Numbered from the stretch's first letter, positions 38,985 through 53,031 are shown. The stretch is DNA of 64,000 nucleotides from an uncultured delta proteobacterium (GCA_963775425.1 CAVZJB010000005.1:256001-320000), one strand, 5' to 3'. Made by a program: numbers and translations. The notes: generated by a model from the letters alone, not told the origin.

Positions 38985-40304
38985 ATGTATCGGGCCATCG
39001 CCGGCATCACCGGGCTCACCGTCGACGCCTTCTACCGGCGCGTCCCGCTCGGCGGGGGCGTCCCGCAAAGCGGCCCGGTGCTCCTCGTCGCCAACCACCC
39101 AAACGGCCTCATCGACCCCATCGTCGTCGCCAACACGGCCGGCCGCCAGGTGCGGATGCTCGCCAAGGCCCCGCTGTTCGAGATGCCCGGCGTGTCCGTC
39201 CTCGTGAAGGGCGTCGGCGCGCTGCCGGTGTATCGGGCCAAGGACGGCGCCGACACCGCGCAGAACCAGGCCACCTTCCGCGCCGTCACCGACGCGCTCC
39301 TCGGCGGCAGCGCCGTGCTCATCTTCCCCGAGGGCATCTCGCACGACGCGCCGCAGTTGCAGAAGCTGAAGACGGGGGCCGCGCGCATGGCGCTGCAGGC
39401 GTGCGAGGCGGGGGCCACGGCGCTCGTGGTCGTCCCCGTCGGGCTCGTCTACCGGGACAAGGAGCGCTTCCGCTCCGAGGTCGCCACCCTGGTCGGCGAG
39501 CCCATCGCCGTGGCGCCGTACCTCGCGCGCGGCGGCGACATCGAGACCGCGCGCGCGCTCACCGAGGACATCAAGAAGGGGCTCGCCGCCGTCACCGTCA
39601 ACCTCGAGGCGTGGGAGGACCTGCCGCTGCTCGAGGCCGTCGACGCCGTGTGGCGCATCGACGACCCCCAGCGCACCGCGCGCATCAAGCGGCTCGCCGA
39701 CGGCGTCGCCCTCCTGCGCGCCCACGCGCCCGAGCGGCTCGACGTCGCGCGCGCCATGGTGGTCGAGTGGAAGAGGCGGCTCGAGCGGCTCGGCCTCGAG
39801 CCGCGCGCGCTCTCGCCGGAGCACGTCGCGGCGCGCGCCAGCCCCGCCAAGGCCGCGGCGTTCGCGCTGCGCAACCTCGTCATCGCGCTCGTCGGCTTGC
39901 CTGTGGCAACGTTCGGGGCCGTCTTCTTTGCGGCGCCGTTTTGGCTCGCGCACCTGCTCTACCTCGTCATCCGCCCCGAGCGCGACGTCGCCGCCACCGT
40001 CAAGGTGCTCACGTCCCTCGTGTTCTTTCCGCTGTGGCACGCCGCGGCGACGTTCGTGATGTGGCGGGTGTGGGGGCCGAGCGTCGCGCTCATCGTCGCC
40101 GGCCTCGCGCCGCTGGCGGGCATGACCACGCGCTGGTTCTTTCGCGGCCGCAAGCGCGCGCTGCGCGACGCCACGGTGTTCCTGTCGCTCTTGTGGCGCA
40201 GGAGCCTCGACAAGAAGCTCGAGGTGGAGCGCGACGCGCTCGTCGCCGAGGTCGACGCGCTCGGCAAGCTCGCCGAGGAGCTGCAGGTGGCGCCTCCCCC
40301 TTGA
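38985..40304 (+). CDS. PlsC-like phospholipid/glycerol acyltransferase with C-terminal TM helices
   Basis: ANHPNGLID, LAKAPLF, IFPEG, LKTGAARMA. Confidence 0.92.
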   Translation: MYRAIAGITGLTVDAFYRRVPLGGGVPQSGPVLLVANHPNGLIDPIVVANTAGRQVRMLAKAPLFEMPGVSVLVKGVGALPVYRAKDGADTAQNQATFRAVTDALLGGSAVLIFPEGISHDAPQLQKLKTGAARMALQACEAGATALVVVPVGLVYRDKERFRSEVATLVGEPIAVAPYLARGGDIETARALTEDIKKGLAAVTVNLEAWEDLPLLEAVDAVWRIDDPQRTARIKRLADGVALLRAHAPERLDVARAMVVEWKRRLERLGLEPRALSPEHVAARASPAKAAAFALRNLVIALVGLPVATFGAVFFAAPFWLAHLLYLVIRPERDVAATVKVLTSLVFFPLWHAAATFVMWRVWGPSVALIVAGLAPLAGMTTRWFFRGRKRALRDATVFLSLLWRRSLDKKLEVERDALVAEVDALGKLAEELQVAPPP

Positions 40305-40367
40305 GCTCGGCGGCGTGGCGCACTTTTGCGGCGGAACGACACTCTCGCGTCCGTCCGAGCCGCGCGC

Positions 40368-41261
40368 TCAATCGCGGTGCGCCGGAGGCTCGAGGAGGAC
40401 CCCGCGCAGCACGGGCCTGCCGTCGACGAGGAAGGGGACGCTCAGGCCCTGCTTGAGAACGGGGCCGTCCTGCACGTGGACGTGCAGGTGCGGCTCGGAG
40501 GAGTTGCCGCTGTTGCCGACGCGGCCGACGACGTCGCCGGCGTCGACGTGCTGCCCGACGGCTACGCGCACGGTGCCGCGGCGCATGTGGCCGAGCACCA
40601 AGAAGCGATCGGGGCGCTCGTCGAGGCGGATGACGACGGCGTTGCCGAACGGGTGCGCCTCGTCCTCCCAGTCCTTCTGCGGGCGCGTATGGTCGGCGGC
40701 GGAATTCTCGACGAAGACCACCGTGCCGCCGGCAGGCGCGTGAACGACGGCGTTCCAGATGACGTAGTCGTCGTCGCGGGCGCCGTCGCTGGCGCCGTAG
40801 GAGCCGCCGTCCCGCCAGCCGACGAGGTCGACGGCGTGGCGCTGGTCGGGGTTGTAGACGTGCTGGTTCCACATGCGCGTGGGCCCGCCGGAGAACGCCA
40901 CCAGCGCGCGATCGACGACGGGCAGGGCGAGGTCCACCGGCGCGTCCTTCTCGTGCGGGTCCGCGGGCAGCTCGGTGCGCGGACGCAACACGAGGAACGC
41001 GATGCCGCCGGAGGCGTCGAAGCCGACCTTGAGCGACACGCGGGCGCCGTCGTCGCCGAGCATCTCCCCCTCCCAGTCCTGGTCGTTTCTCGCGGCGATG
41101 AGCACGCACTCGTCGACGCGCGGCCCGAGCGGGATCATCGTGCGCAGCACGGCCTCGAGCGCGCGGCCCTTCGCCAGGGTCTCGGCGCGCATGGCCTCGT
41201 AGCGCGCGGCCACCGGCGACGACGGCGCCGTGGCGACGAGGAGCGCGAGCGCGGCCAGCAT
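40368..41261 (-). CDS. M23 family metallopeptidase, secreted
   Basis: HAVD, VHAPAGG, GNAVVI, GHM, VGNSGNSSEPHLHVH; signal peptide. Confidence 0.9.
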   Translation of the reverse strand: MLAALALLVATAPSSPVAARYEAMRAETLAKGRALEAVLRTMIPLGPRVDECVLIAARNDQDWEGEMLGDDGARVSLKVGFDASGGIAFLVLRPRTELPADPHEKDAPVDLALPVVDRALVAFSGGPTRMWNQHVYNPDQRHAVDLVGWRDGGSYGASDGARDDDYVIWNAVVHAPAGGTVVFVENSAADHTRPQKDWEDEAHPFGNAVVIRLDERPDRFLVLGHMRRGTVRVAVGQHVDAGDVVGRVGNSGNSSEPHLHVHVQDGPVLKQGLSVPFLVDGRPVLRGVLLEPPAHRD

Positions 41262-41418
41262 GCGTCGATGAGCTTATCCCGTGTGAGGCACCCGGCGCCG
41301 AAAGACGACGGCGCGAGGATGGAGCAGCGCGCACGCCATGGGCATCGCCGCCCGAGATCGCTATGGTGCACGGGCGGCCCTCGCGGGCGATCGCGATCTC
41401 TGCGTCAGGGTCTTGCCG

Positions 41419-43314
<1,896 letters not shown>

Positions 43315-43329
43315 AGTGCGCCGCGAACG

Positions 43330-46300
43330 ATGACGCAGGCACTCGAAGCGTTCCAGGAGGCCCTCGCGGGCGGCGCTGACGACGACGCGCTCGACGTCGC
43401 CGCGGAAGACGTGCGGCGCGACAGCGGCGCGGCCGCGCTCGTGGAGGCGCTCAAGATGCGGATCGCGCACGAGGCCGGCCGCGGCAAGACCGACCTCGAG
43501 CTCACGGCGCTGCGCTACCGCCTCGCCGGCGCGCTCGAGGACGTGGCCAAGGGAGCGAGCCCCGCAGAGCCCACCGCCAAGGACGCGGCCAAGGCCGCCC
43601 TCGAGGCGGCGGAGCTGCAAAGGGGCGTCCTCCACGACGAGGACGGCGCCAAGCGCAATTTCGTGAACGCCCTGCGCCTCGCCGCCAACGACGACGCCAC
43701 GCTGCGGCACGCCGTCGAGGTCGCGGGGGGACGCGACGCCGCCGAGGGCGTCGTCGAGAAGGCCCTGAAGCGCCCCGAGGTGAAGGCCGACGCGCCGCAG
43801 ACGGCGCTGCTGCGCCGTGCGCTCGCGCGCATCGCCGAGACCCACGGCGACACCGAGCGCGCCTTCTTCGAGGCCATGAAGGCGGCGCGCAAGAACCCGT
43901 CGGACGGCATGTTCGTCGACGAGGTGTTCCGGCTCGCGCTCGAGACCACGCGCTTCACCGAGGCCGGAGCGTTCTTCGGCGCCCTCGCCGATGACGAGAG
44001 CCTCGCCGCGCGCCAGCGGGCCTCGCTCTACAACAAGCTCGGGCAGACGCTCGAGAGGGCCGGCGGAGAGAGCGCCAAGGCGCTCGAGGCCTACACCAAA
44101 TCGCTCGCGCAGCACGAGACCAAGGCCGCCAAGCGCGCGGTGGAGCGGCTGTCGGCGGACGTCGGCGTCGAGTCGCCGCAGGCGCCCATCGAGCCGCAGG
44201 AGCCCGTCGAGGTCACGCCGCCGTTCGACCACAAGACCGGCTCCGTGACGCAGGAGGCCGCGCTGCCCGATCGCGCGCAGGCGCCCGCCGAGGTCACCAT
44301 CCCGCGCTACCCGATGAGCATGCGCACCGCGGAGCTCGAGGACGCGGTGCCGCCGCCGGACTCCCAGGGCCCCGGCGCGGCGCCCGTCGACGAGGCGCCC
44401 GTCGAGCGGCAGGCCAACGACACCACCGCGCCGACGCCGACCGCGCCGCGGCCGATCTCGGTGCCGCCGACGCCGTCGGAGACGGGAGCGGCGCACAGCG
44501 TGGCGTCGCAGCCGCCAATGTCGCAGGAGCCGGGCTTCTCCATCGCGAACCTGCCGAGCTTCGACGACGAGCCTGCGCTCACGCCGAGCCACACGGTGAC
44601 GCCGTTTTCGCCCGTGGAGCGCGTGGAGGTCCCCTCGTTCGACGCGCCCGTCGTCGAGGCGCCGTGGAGCGCGAAGGAGTCGTCGCCGTTTTCGATGCCG
44701 CCGGTGGAGGGCGGGCTCAGGGACCGCGCGGAGCCGCCCGAGGAGCCCACCAACCGCGCGGCGCTCGCGGCCGTCACCGCCGTGAACAGCAGCGAGGGCA
44801 CCGCCGAGCACCCGTCGGGCAAGCGCAAGCCGAGCAAGGACAAGAAGCGCAAGAAGCGCGGGAAGAAGAAGACCACTGCGCAAAAGGCGGCCGCGCCCCG
44901 GGCGCCCGCGCAGGACGCGTCCGGCGGCGAGCTCTCGCAGGTCGACGGCGCGGCGATGCCCCCGCCCGATGGCTCGCCGGTCGCGCCGCCGGCGGAGATC
45001 CCGGCGCCTCGCTGCCCGGCGTCGACGACGTCAGCGAGTCGGGGCCCCACTATCGCCCCGCCATGATCCCCGCGGCGCGCGCGCCGGGCGAGGAGGATGG
45101 CCTCGCCGACACTGACCACGGCTCGCGCCAATCGTTCGCCGACACCGTGGCCGGCGGACCCTTCGCGCCCGGCGCGGACACCGTGCGCGGCGTCGAGCCG
45201 CCGCCGATGCCCGACGACGACGACGACGAGCCGATGTTGCCGCCCGACGTGCGCGCCGAGGAGCTCGCCGCCGAGGAGGTCGCCGCCGCCGACGTCGTGG
45301 CCGAGGACGTCGTCGCCGAGGCGCGAGCGGAGAGCGCCGCGCGCGACACCGGCCGCGCCGCGCATCACTCGCTCGAGCCCGTCAGCACCCCCGACGACGT
45401 CGAGCACACGCCGCCGTCGCCCAAGCAGCACACGCTGTCACCGCCGCCGGGCGAGTCCACGGATCGTGCGGCGTCGCCCGCGGTCACCGTCGAGGCGTTC
45501 CCGCCGCTCGTCGTTCCGCCCATGACCGTGCCGAGCATGGAGGCGTCCGACGCGCTCACGCGCGTGCTCGCCGCCCTCGACGGCGACGACGCCGACGAGT
45601 GCGCCCGCGCGGCCGTCGGCCTCCTGGCCGAGGCGCCGACGGACCCGCGCGTCGTTCGCGTGGCCGCGCGCGCCATGCTCCTGAGCGCCGAGACCGGACA
45701 GATGCCGGTCGCCGCCGTCGACCTCTTCGTCAGCCAGGCGCCCAAGCACGGCGACCGCGCCGCGGCCATGGCGCTCGAGATCCTCGACAAGGTGCCGGTG
45801 GCCACCCGGCGCGCCTACACCCACGTGTGGCTCGCCGGCGCCCGCGCCGCCGGCCTCGACGTCGCCCGCGTCATGGACCTGCTGCGCGCCGTGGCCATCG
45901 AGGACGCGCCCGCCGGCCCCGCCTTCGAGCACGCCGAGCGCGTGCTCATCGAGGTCAACGACGGCGAGGCCCGCGACGCGCTCTACCAGGCCGCGCTGCG
46001 CGCCGCCGCATCGGACGCCGCGCGCGTCGAGCTCACCAAGCGCCGCGTGGGGCTCCTCGAAAACCTCTCGCGCTTCGCGGAGGCGCTCGGTCTGCACGCG
46101 CAGCTCGCGGTCGAGCTCGACAGCGGCGACGTCGCCGTCAGGAACGCCGCCCGCCGCGCCTACGCGCAGCACGGCACGCCCGACGAGCGGGCGCGCTTCC
46201 TGTCGCGCCTGGCGCGCAAGCTCCCCGGCGACGAGGGCGTCGAGGTGGTCCAGGAGCTCCTCGACGTGCGCATGAGCGTCGACGATCGCATCGGCGCCGA

Positions 46301-49300
46301 GGCCGCGGCCAAGGACCTCCTCGAGCGCCGCCCCGGCGACGCCCGGGGCAGCCGCGTGCTCGCCGATCTGCTCGCCGAGGAGCCGCACCGCGTCGACGAG
46401 CTCGTCGACGTCCTCCGCGTCGGGGCGCAGCAGGCGCTGTCGTGGTTCGGCAAGACCGCCGAGGCGCGCGCGCTGCTCGAGAAGCTCGCCGAGGTGCAGC
46501 GGAAGGCGGGCCGCCCCGAGGAGGCGGCGGACGCGCTCGTGCAGGTGGCGCGCCTCGTCCCCGACGACGACAACCTCGACCGCGCCCTCGCCGCCCTCGA
46601 CGACGTCAAGCGGCACAAGGAGGCGGTGGCGCTCCTCGAGGAGACCGCCGCCGCCGTCGCCGACGCGGGCTTCCGCTGCCGCGCGCTCCTGCGCGCCGCC
46701 GAGATCGCGCGCACCAAGCTGCAGAAGCGCGGCAAGGCGCGCGAGCTCATCGAGCGCGCGCTCGATCTGGAGCCGCGGGATCGGCCGGCGCTGCGCGCGT
46801 ACGCCGATCTGCTCGTCGAGATCGGTGACGCGCCCGCGGCCATCAACGCCCTCGAGCGCGTCGCCGCCGAGGAGCCCGCGTCCGGTCCGGGCGGGCGCGA
46901 GCGGGCGGCGCTGCAGTTGCGCATCGGCAGGCTCATCGAGGAGCACCTGCTCAAGCCCGACGAGGCCCTCAAGCGCTACCGCGCCGCGGCGGAGATGGAC
47001 GCGCAGAACCAGGACGCGTGGAACGCCATCCGCGCCATCGCCCGCCAGGGCGGCGACCGCGGCCTCCTCGTCGAGAGCCTGCGCGGGCTCGCCGGCGCCG
47101 AGCCCGATCCCAAGGAGAAGGCGGCGCTGTGGCGGCAGATCGCCAAGGTCGAGCGCGACGAGCGCGCGGACACCGACGCCGCCGAGCGCGCCTTCGTCGA
47201 GGCGCTCGCCCTCGACCCGAGCGACGTCGAGTCGCTCTTGAGCCTCGCGGCGCTCCAGGCCACGCGGCTGCAGCCGGACACCGACCTCGACGTCGCGCTC
47301 GCGCAGCCCAACGAGGCGCTCCTGGCCGCGCTGCGCGAGCACGTGCTCGCGGCGCCGACGCCGTCGGAGCTGCCGCTGTCCATGCGGCGCATCGCGGCCA
47401 TGGCGTTGTCACGCTCGGGCGATCGCGCGCCGGCGCTCACCCGCTTCGAGGAGATCCTCGAGGAGACGCCCGAGGACCTGCCGACGCTGATGGCGTTCGC
47501 GCGGCACCTGGCGGCCGCGCCGCGGGGCGAGACCGGCGCGGACCAGAAGCGGCTGCGCTGCCTCGAGACCATCCTGCTCCACCACGCGTACTCGCTGAAG
47601 CCGCTCGTGCAGGTGGACGTCTGGGGCGAGGTCACCGCGCTGCGCGCCGCCACCGGCGACGGCGGCGGCGCGCGCAAGGCGGCCAAGAAGGTGATGGCGC
47701 TCGCCGCCACCGACGAGCTCAAGGCGTGCCTCTCGGATCGCGCGGTCCGCGCGCTGGCCCTCGCGCTCGACGATGCGCGCGACACCGAGCGCGACCCCAA
47801 GTGCATCATCGCGGCGCTGCGCCTCGACGCCGAGCGCAGCGTGGTGGAGGCCGAGCGTGGGCGCTTGCTCGAGCGCGCCGCCGCCGTCGCCTACGACGAG
47901 CTGAAGGATCGGGTGATGGCGCGCGCCCTCCTCGAGGACGCCGTGCGCGCCAACCCCTCGTCGCCGACGGCGCGCGAGGCGCTGCTCGACCTCGACCTGC
48001 AAAGCGGTGACGTCGCCGGCGTGCTCAAGCAGGTGCGCGACCTGCTCGCCAAGGAGACGGATCAAAAGAGGAAGGCCGCGCTGCACCTGCGGCTGTTCCG
48101 CATGCGCAGGAAGCTCGGCCTCGACATCGAGGGCGCCGCCTCCGAGCTCAAGCACGCCGTCGAGCTCGACTCCGCCAACGCCGAGGTGCTCGACGCTGCC
48201 GAGCAATTCTTCACGGAGCGCAACGACACCGACGGTCTCGACCGCCTGTGGTCCGCGCAGCTCAGGAACCTCGACCGCGACGACGCGCGCGCGCGCCTGA
48301 AGCTCCTCGAGCGCCTCGCGCAGCTCCGCCGCTACGAGCGGCGCGATCTCACGGGCGCGGTCGAGGCGCTCGAGGCCATGACCGCCCTCGACCCCGAGGC
48401 GCTCAAGCCGCGCGAGGACGCCGCCCGCCTGTACACCGAGCTCGGGCTCGCGCGCGAAGCGGTGTCGGCGTGGCGCGGGGTGCTCGAGCGCGATCCGCTG
48501 GCGGTGGAGGCGTGGCGTGGGATCTTCGAGCGGTTCGCCGCCACCCGCCAGGGCGACGACGCGTTCGCCGTGGCGTCGACCATGCTCGCGCTCGACCTCG
48601 CCGACGACGACATGGCCCGCGCGGTGCGCACCATCCGCCCGCCCTTTCCCCGCTGGCCCATCCCGCCCAAGGACCCGCTCCTGTTCCGGCGCAAGGTGGC
48701 GCACCCGCTCGAGCGCGCGCCGCTGCGCGCGGTCCTCGACGTCGTGGCGCCGCGCTTGCTGCCCCTGTACGCGCGCCGCTTGAAGGACTTCGGCTTCCAC
48801 AAGCGTGACGCCCTCCCCGACAAGAACGTGCCGACGTCCGTGTTGCTCGCGGTGCGCACGCTCGCGCAGCTCCTCGGCTTGCGGGAGCCGCCGCCGCTGT
48901 TTTCGGCGGAGCTCGGGAGCACGGAGGGGCAGAGCCCGCCGTTCGCGGTGCTGCCGTCAGCGGAGCCGGGCATCATCGTCACCAGCGAGGTGCTCAAGGG
49001 CGGCATGACGCCCGAGCGCGCGTTTGCGCTCGGGCGCGCGGCGACGTGGCTTCAGCCCCACGCCGTGATGGCTGCCGCCGTCGACGCGGCCACGCTGCGC
49101 TCCATCCTCGAGGGGCTCGTCGCCTCGTTCCTCGGGACAAAGAGCCTCGAGCGGCCCGACCTCGACGTCGAGAAGCTCGGCAAGGAGCTCGGGCACACGC
49201 TCATGCGCGGGGCGTCGTCGTCGGACGAGGCCGTCATCAAGGGCGAGCTATTGCCGGCGCTGCGCGACTACGTCCATGCGCGCCAGCAGGTGACCGTCGC

Positions 49301-49541
49301 CGACTGGCGCGCCGGCGTCGGCTATACCGGCGATCGCGTCGGCTATCTGTTGTCGACGGATCTGAACGCGGCCTTCCGTCTGATCAAGGCGACGGCGGGC
49401 GCGGGGCAATCCATCAGCGCGCGCCTGGCCATCAAGGAGCTCGTGCTGTTCTCGGTGTCCGCCGGCTACCTCGCGCTGCGCAAGGACCTCGGGCTCGCGC
49501 TGCCCGAGCTGGCCGCCGCCCCGCTGCTCGAGCTCGCCTGA
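43330..49541 (+). CDS. Giant TPR protein of myxobacterial gliding/AgmK-like type; probable frameshift near 45001 (or two coupled genes split at 45063)
   Basis: TPR block, Pro/acidic linker, long TPR array, conserved end DRVGYLL..D...IKELVLFSVS..YLALRKDLGL. The GC3-biased frame switches at about 45001. Confidence 0.8.
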
Positions 49542-49634
49542 GCCCTCCCGCTCGTCGTCGCCGTGCCGCGCGGACGTGCGGCGGCGTTTGCCGTCGTCGA
49601 GGAGTCGCTACCTCGTGACCCAAGGAGGTGGGCG

Positions 49635-50586
49635 ATGCAGACGATTCCCCAGACCATGAAGGCGGCGGCGGCGAACAAGAAGGGTGAGCCCGAGGTCATC
49701 CACAAGGAGACGCTCCCGGTGCCGAAGCCGGCGCCCGGCGAAGTGCTCGTGCGCGTGGAGGCCGCCGGCGTCGGCGTCTGGGAGCCCGCGCTCGTGCGGG
49801 GCGCGTTCAACGACGGCCAGCGGCGCCGCTTCCCACGTGTGTACGGCGCCGACGGCGCCGGCGAGGTCGTCGGCGTGGGCTCGCGCGTGAAGACGATCCG
49901 CCCCGGGGATCGCGTCTACGGCTACGGCTTCGGCAACAAGAAGGGCGGCTTCTTCGCCGAGTACATCGCCGTGCCCGAGGAGAACCTCGCGCTCATCCCG
50001 GGCGCGTTGACGTTCGAGGAGGCGGGGGCGCTCGCCGTCAGCGGGCTCACCGCCCTCGAGGGGCTCGACGGCCTCGGCCTCGAAAAGGGCGACACGGTCG
50101 TCATCACCGGCGCCAGCGGCGGCGTCGGCCACATCGCGGTGCAGCTCGCCAAGCGCATGGACTGCCACGTCTTCGCGGTCGCCTCGGGCAAGGACGGCGT
50201 CGCGCTCGCAAAGAAGGTCGGCGCCGACGCCGCCGTCGACGGAAAGACCGCCGACGTCGCCGCCGCCGCGCGCGCGTTCGCTCCGGAGGGCTTCGACGGC
50301 GCGCTCGTGCTCGCCGGTGAAGGCTGGGCGGACCTCATCAAGCTCGTGCACGGGCGCGTCGCGCACCCCAACGGCGCGCCCGTGCCGAAGGGCACCCGGA
50401 AGGCGCGCGTGAAGGCCTACGACGGCGTCCCCGATCCCAAGGTGTTCGCGCGCCTGAGCGATTCTCGTCGGCGCCGGGCCCTTCCACGTCGAGGTCAGCC
50501 ACACCTATCGGCTCGAGGACACCTCGCAGGCGCTGCGCGACGTCGAGAGCCACCATGTCGGCAAGCTCGCGATCCGCGTGCATTGA
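49635..50586 (+). CDS. NADP-dependent MDR oxidoreductase (quinone oxidoreductase-like), +1 frameshift near 50462
   Basis: AAGGAGG RBS; PGEVLVRVEAAGV, GADGAG, GFFAEY, ITGASGGVGHIAVQLAK. Removing one T from GATTC (50460-50464) gives ...YRLEDTSQAL..VESHHVGKLAIRVH*. Confidence 0.9.
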
Positions 50587-50711
50587 CCTCCGCGCGCGCC
50601 ACGGCGGGAGGAGCTGTTCGGGGGCGGGCGAGACGTCACGGGACTGCGAGCGCGGGCTTCTGTCCCGAAGCCTTCTGCACCGATCAGGTGTGCGTGCCGT
50701 TGTGCCCCGGG

Positions 50712-51104
50712 TCAGCGGATGAGGCGCGGCGCGCGGTTTGTGTCGGGGTGCTGCAGCCAGAGGGTCCCGACGTTCGTGTCGAGGCCGAAGGCGATGCCGA
50801 ATTTCACGAGCGCCGCCACGTCGAGCCGGCCGAGGGCGAGGCCGAGGTGGTGGTGGTCGACGATGCGGCCGCGGTCGCCGAAGTCGCTGCCGACGTAGCC
50901 GAGCTCGCGGCGGGTCCAGGCGACACTGCCGTCGCCGTTGCGGCTCGGCACCAGGGCGAAGGCGCGCTCATAGCCGTCGAAGCCGGGCGCCTGGTCGCGG
51001 ACCTGCTTGTCGTCGACGTCGATCTCGAGGACGAGCTTGCTGAGGGAGCCGCTGATGTCGGCGCGAACGGCGGGGTGGCGCTGCTGGAGGCTGAGGACCG
51101 TCAT
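50712..51104 (-). CDS. Hypothetical protein
   Basis: GC3-biased globular-looking ORF ending GIAFGLDTNVGTLWLQHPDTN. Start 51104 or 51122. Confidence 0.65.
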   Translation of the reverse strand: MTVLSLQQRHPAVRADISGSLSKLVLEIDVDDKQVRDQAPGFDGYERAFALVPSRNGDGSVAWTRRELGYVGSDFGDRGRIVDHHHLGLALGRLDVAALVKFGIAFGLDTNVGTLWLQHPDTNRAPRLIR

Positions 51105-51146
51105 GGAGGGTGTATCGTACACCTGCCCACATCCGTTGCGTGAGCA

Positions 51147-51182
51147 GATCAGCGACCGGAGGGAGCGGCGGCCGCGCTGATC
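51147..51182 (-). repeat. REP-like hairpin unit (third copy)
   Basis: Reverse complement reads GATCAGCGCGGCCGCCGCTCCCTCCGGTCGCTGATC. Confidence 0.85.
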
Positions 51183-51210
51183 AGCCGGCTCAGGACCGTC
51201 CGTGCGCGCG

Positions 51211-53031
51211 TCAGAGGCGGCGGCGGCGGCGCAGCGCGAGGATGCCGAGCAGCGCGAAGGCGCTCGGGACGCTCGACGCCGCGCAGCCCGCGGCCGGGGC
51301 GGGCTTCGGCACCTTGCAGCGCACCGAGAGCGTGACTTCGCCGCCGTTGGCCGAGGCCGGCTGGTAGCCGACGGTCAGCGGGGTGTCCGTGGCGGTGAGG
51401 GAGAACGCCTCGGTGCCGTGAGCGACGATGGCCTTGCCGTCGGTGGCGAGGAGGTCGCCCGCCGGCGCGTTCTTGGTGGAGACGCTCACGCGCGCCCCCT
51501 TGGGGGTGTCGAGCGTGAACCACGCCGCGCTCGCGCCGTCGACGGTGACGTCGTCGCCGCAGCCGAGCTTCTTCGGGTGGTCGAAGCTCTCGTTGCCCGG
51601 CAGCACGGGGGCCGCCACGCCGTCCGCCACGGAGACCGTGAAGACGTCGGTGGTGGTGACGTTTCCGACGACGTCGGTGGCGCGCAACTGGAAGGTGCGG
51701 TCCGCGGCGCGGCGGGTCTGCACGGTCCAGCGGTAGGTGTTGCCGTCGACGACGCAGCTCTGGCGGCCGTTGTCGAACGGGCAGGGCAGCCAGTTGTCGC
51801 CGCCGCGGAACGTCCAGTTCAGCTCGGCGCTGGCGACGCCGTTGTCGTCGAGCATGGTGGCCACGATCTCGAACGGCGTCGACGTCGGGAGCTGCGCCCC
51901 CGGCAGCGGCGCGTCGAGGACGATGGTGGGGTTCGTGTGATCCTCCGGCGGCCCGCTCCCGTCCGGCGAGAGCCACACGGTGGCGTCGGGCGTGACGACG
52001 TCGTTGCCGGCCACGTCGCGCACATGCACGCGGAAGGTGCGGCTGCCGATGCCCGCGGGGATGGTCCAGGTGGCGACGTCGCCGTCGCGGGTGCAGGTGT
52101 AGCTGTCGCGCGCGTCGGCGGCGGGCGGGCAGAAGAGGAAGTCGCCGGTGAAGTCCCACTCGAGCTCGACGAGGGTGAGGCCGGCGTCGTCGTGGACGTT
52201 GGCGGTGATCACGAGCGGGTCGGCGGCGGGCAGGATGTCCCCGTCGGCGGGCGCCGTGAGCGTGGCCGTGGGCGGCGCGTTGTCGACGGGCGGGGTCCAC
52301 ACGGTGCCGTCGGCCGGTCCGAAGAGGTTGAGCATGGCGTCGACGCTGTTCTGCGTGGGATCGCCGCAGGTGCACTCGCGCGCCTCGAACTCGCCGCAGG
52401 GCACGTACTGGTCCTGGAACGTCTTGGGGCCGCAGCCGGTGAGGTAGGTCATCGGGTCTTCGCAGAGCAGCTCGTGGTCGAGGCCGAACGCGTGCGCGAC
52501 CTCTTGTCCCGCCGTCTCACACACCGACTGCAGATCGTTGCCCCACACGTCGGAGAAGTCGTAGACGATGGCGCCCGGCTCGAGGGCGCAGGAAAACGGC
52601 GCGACGCCGGCGACGCCGTTGGGCTCGCCGGTCTGTCCGGGGCTCCCGCCGATGACGGCCTCGATGTACGTGGCGTCGAGCGGCTGCACGTCGGTGACGG
52701 TGATGCGGAAGCGCGAGTACAGGTCCGTGATGCAGCCCATCACCGTCTGCCACTGCTGGTCCGAGCCCGCGAACGGCGTCACCGTGGCGACGCCGTTGTC
52801 GGCGCCGCACGCGATGGAGGAGCGGTTGTGCGTGGCGTCGTCGTTGCCGCACGTGAAGGTGCCGCCGTGGCGGTTCATGTAGAGGACCAGGGGATCGCCG
52901 GCCGCGTACAGGCGCGTGGGATCGGGCTCGACCCAGACGTACGTGGGCAGAGGGCGGTCGATCTTCGGCACCGGGGTCATCGCCGGGGTGGGGGCGAGGG
53001 CGGCGAGGGTGAGGCTGACGGCGATGAACAT
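51211..53031 (-). CDS. Secreted zincin-like protein with Ig-like (Big) domains and MYXO-CTERM sorting signal
   Basis: QEVAHAFGLDH..C.DPM; two D.xPTx.L.AP..G Ig-like repeats; C-terminal GCAASS-hydrophobic-RRRRR. Confidence 0.85.
   Translation of the reverse strand: MFIAVSLTLAALAPTPAMTPVPKIDRPLPTYVWVEPDPTRLYAAGDPLVLYMNRHGGTFTCGNDDATHNRSSIACGADNGVATVTPFAGSDQQWQTVMGCITDLYSRFRITVTDVQPLDATYIEAVIGGSPGQTGEPNGVAGVAPFSCALEPGAIVYDFSDVWGNDLQSVCETAGQEVAHAFGLDHELLCEDPMTYLTGCGPKTFQDQYVPCGEFEARECTCGDPTQNSVDAMLNLFGPADGTVWTPPVDNAPPTATLTAPADGDILPAADPLVITANVHDDAGLTLVELEWDFTGDFLFCPPAADARDSYTCTRDGDVATWTIPAGIGSRTFRVHVRDVAGNDVVTPDATVWLSPDGSGPPEDHTNPTIVLDAPLPGAQLPTSTPFEIVATMLDDNGVASAELNWTFRGGDNWLPCPFDNGRQSCVVDGNTYRWTVQTRRAADRTFQLRATDVVGNVTTTDVFTVSVADGVAAPVLPGNESFDHPKKLGCGDDVTVDGASAAWFTLDTPKGARVSVSTKNAPAGDLLATDGKAIVAHGTEAFSLTATDTPLTVGYQPASANGGEVTLSVRCKVPKPAPAAGCAASSVPSAFALLGILALRRRRRL

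Noticed and set aside
41340-41418. Inverted repeats upstream of the ABC-F gene as a possible attenuator
   Set aside because: No U-tract or convincing leader ORF; GC-rich pairing is expected by chance.
50630-50712. Cys-rich peptide-like stretch (FCPEAFCTDQVCVPLCPG) in an intergenic gap
   Set aside because: No start or RBS and too short; at most a gene remnant.
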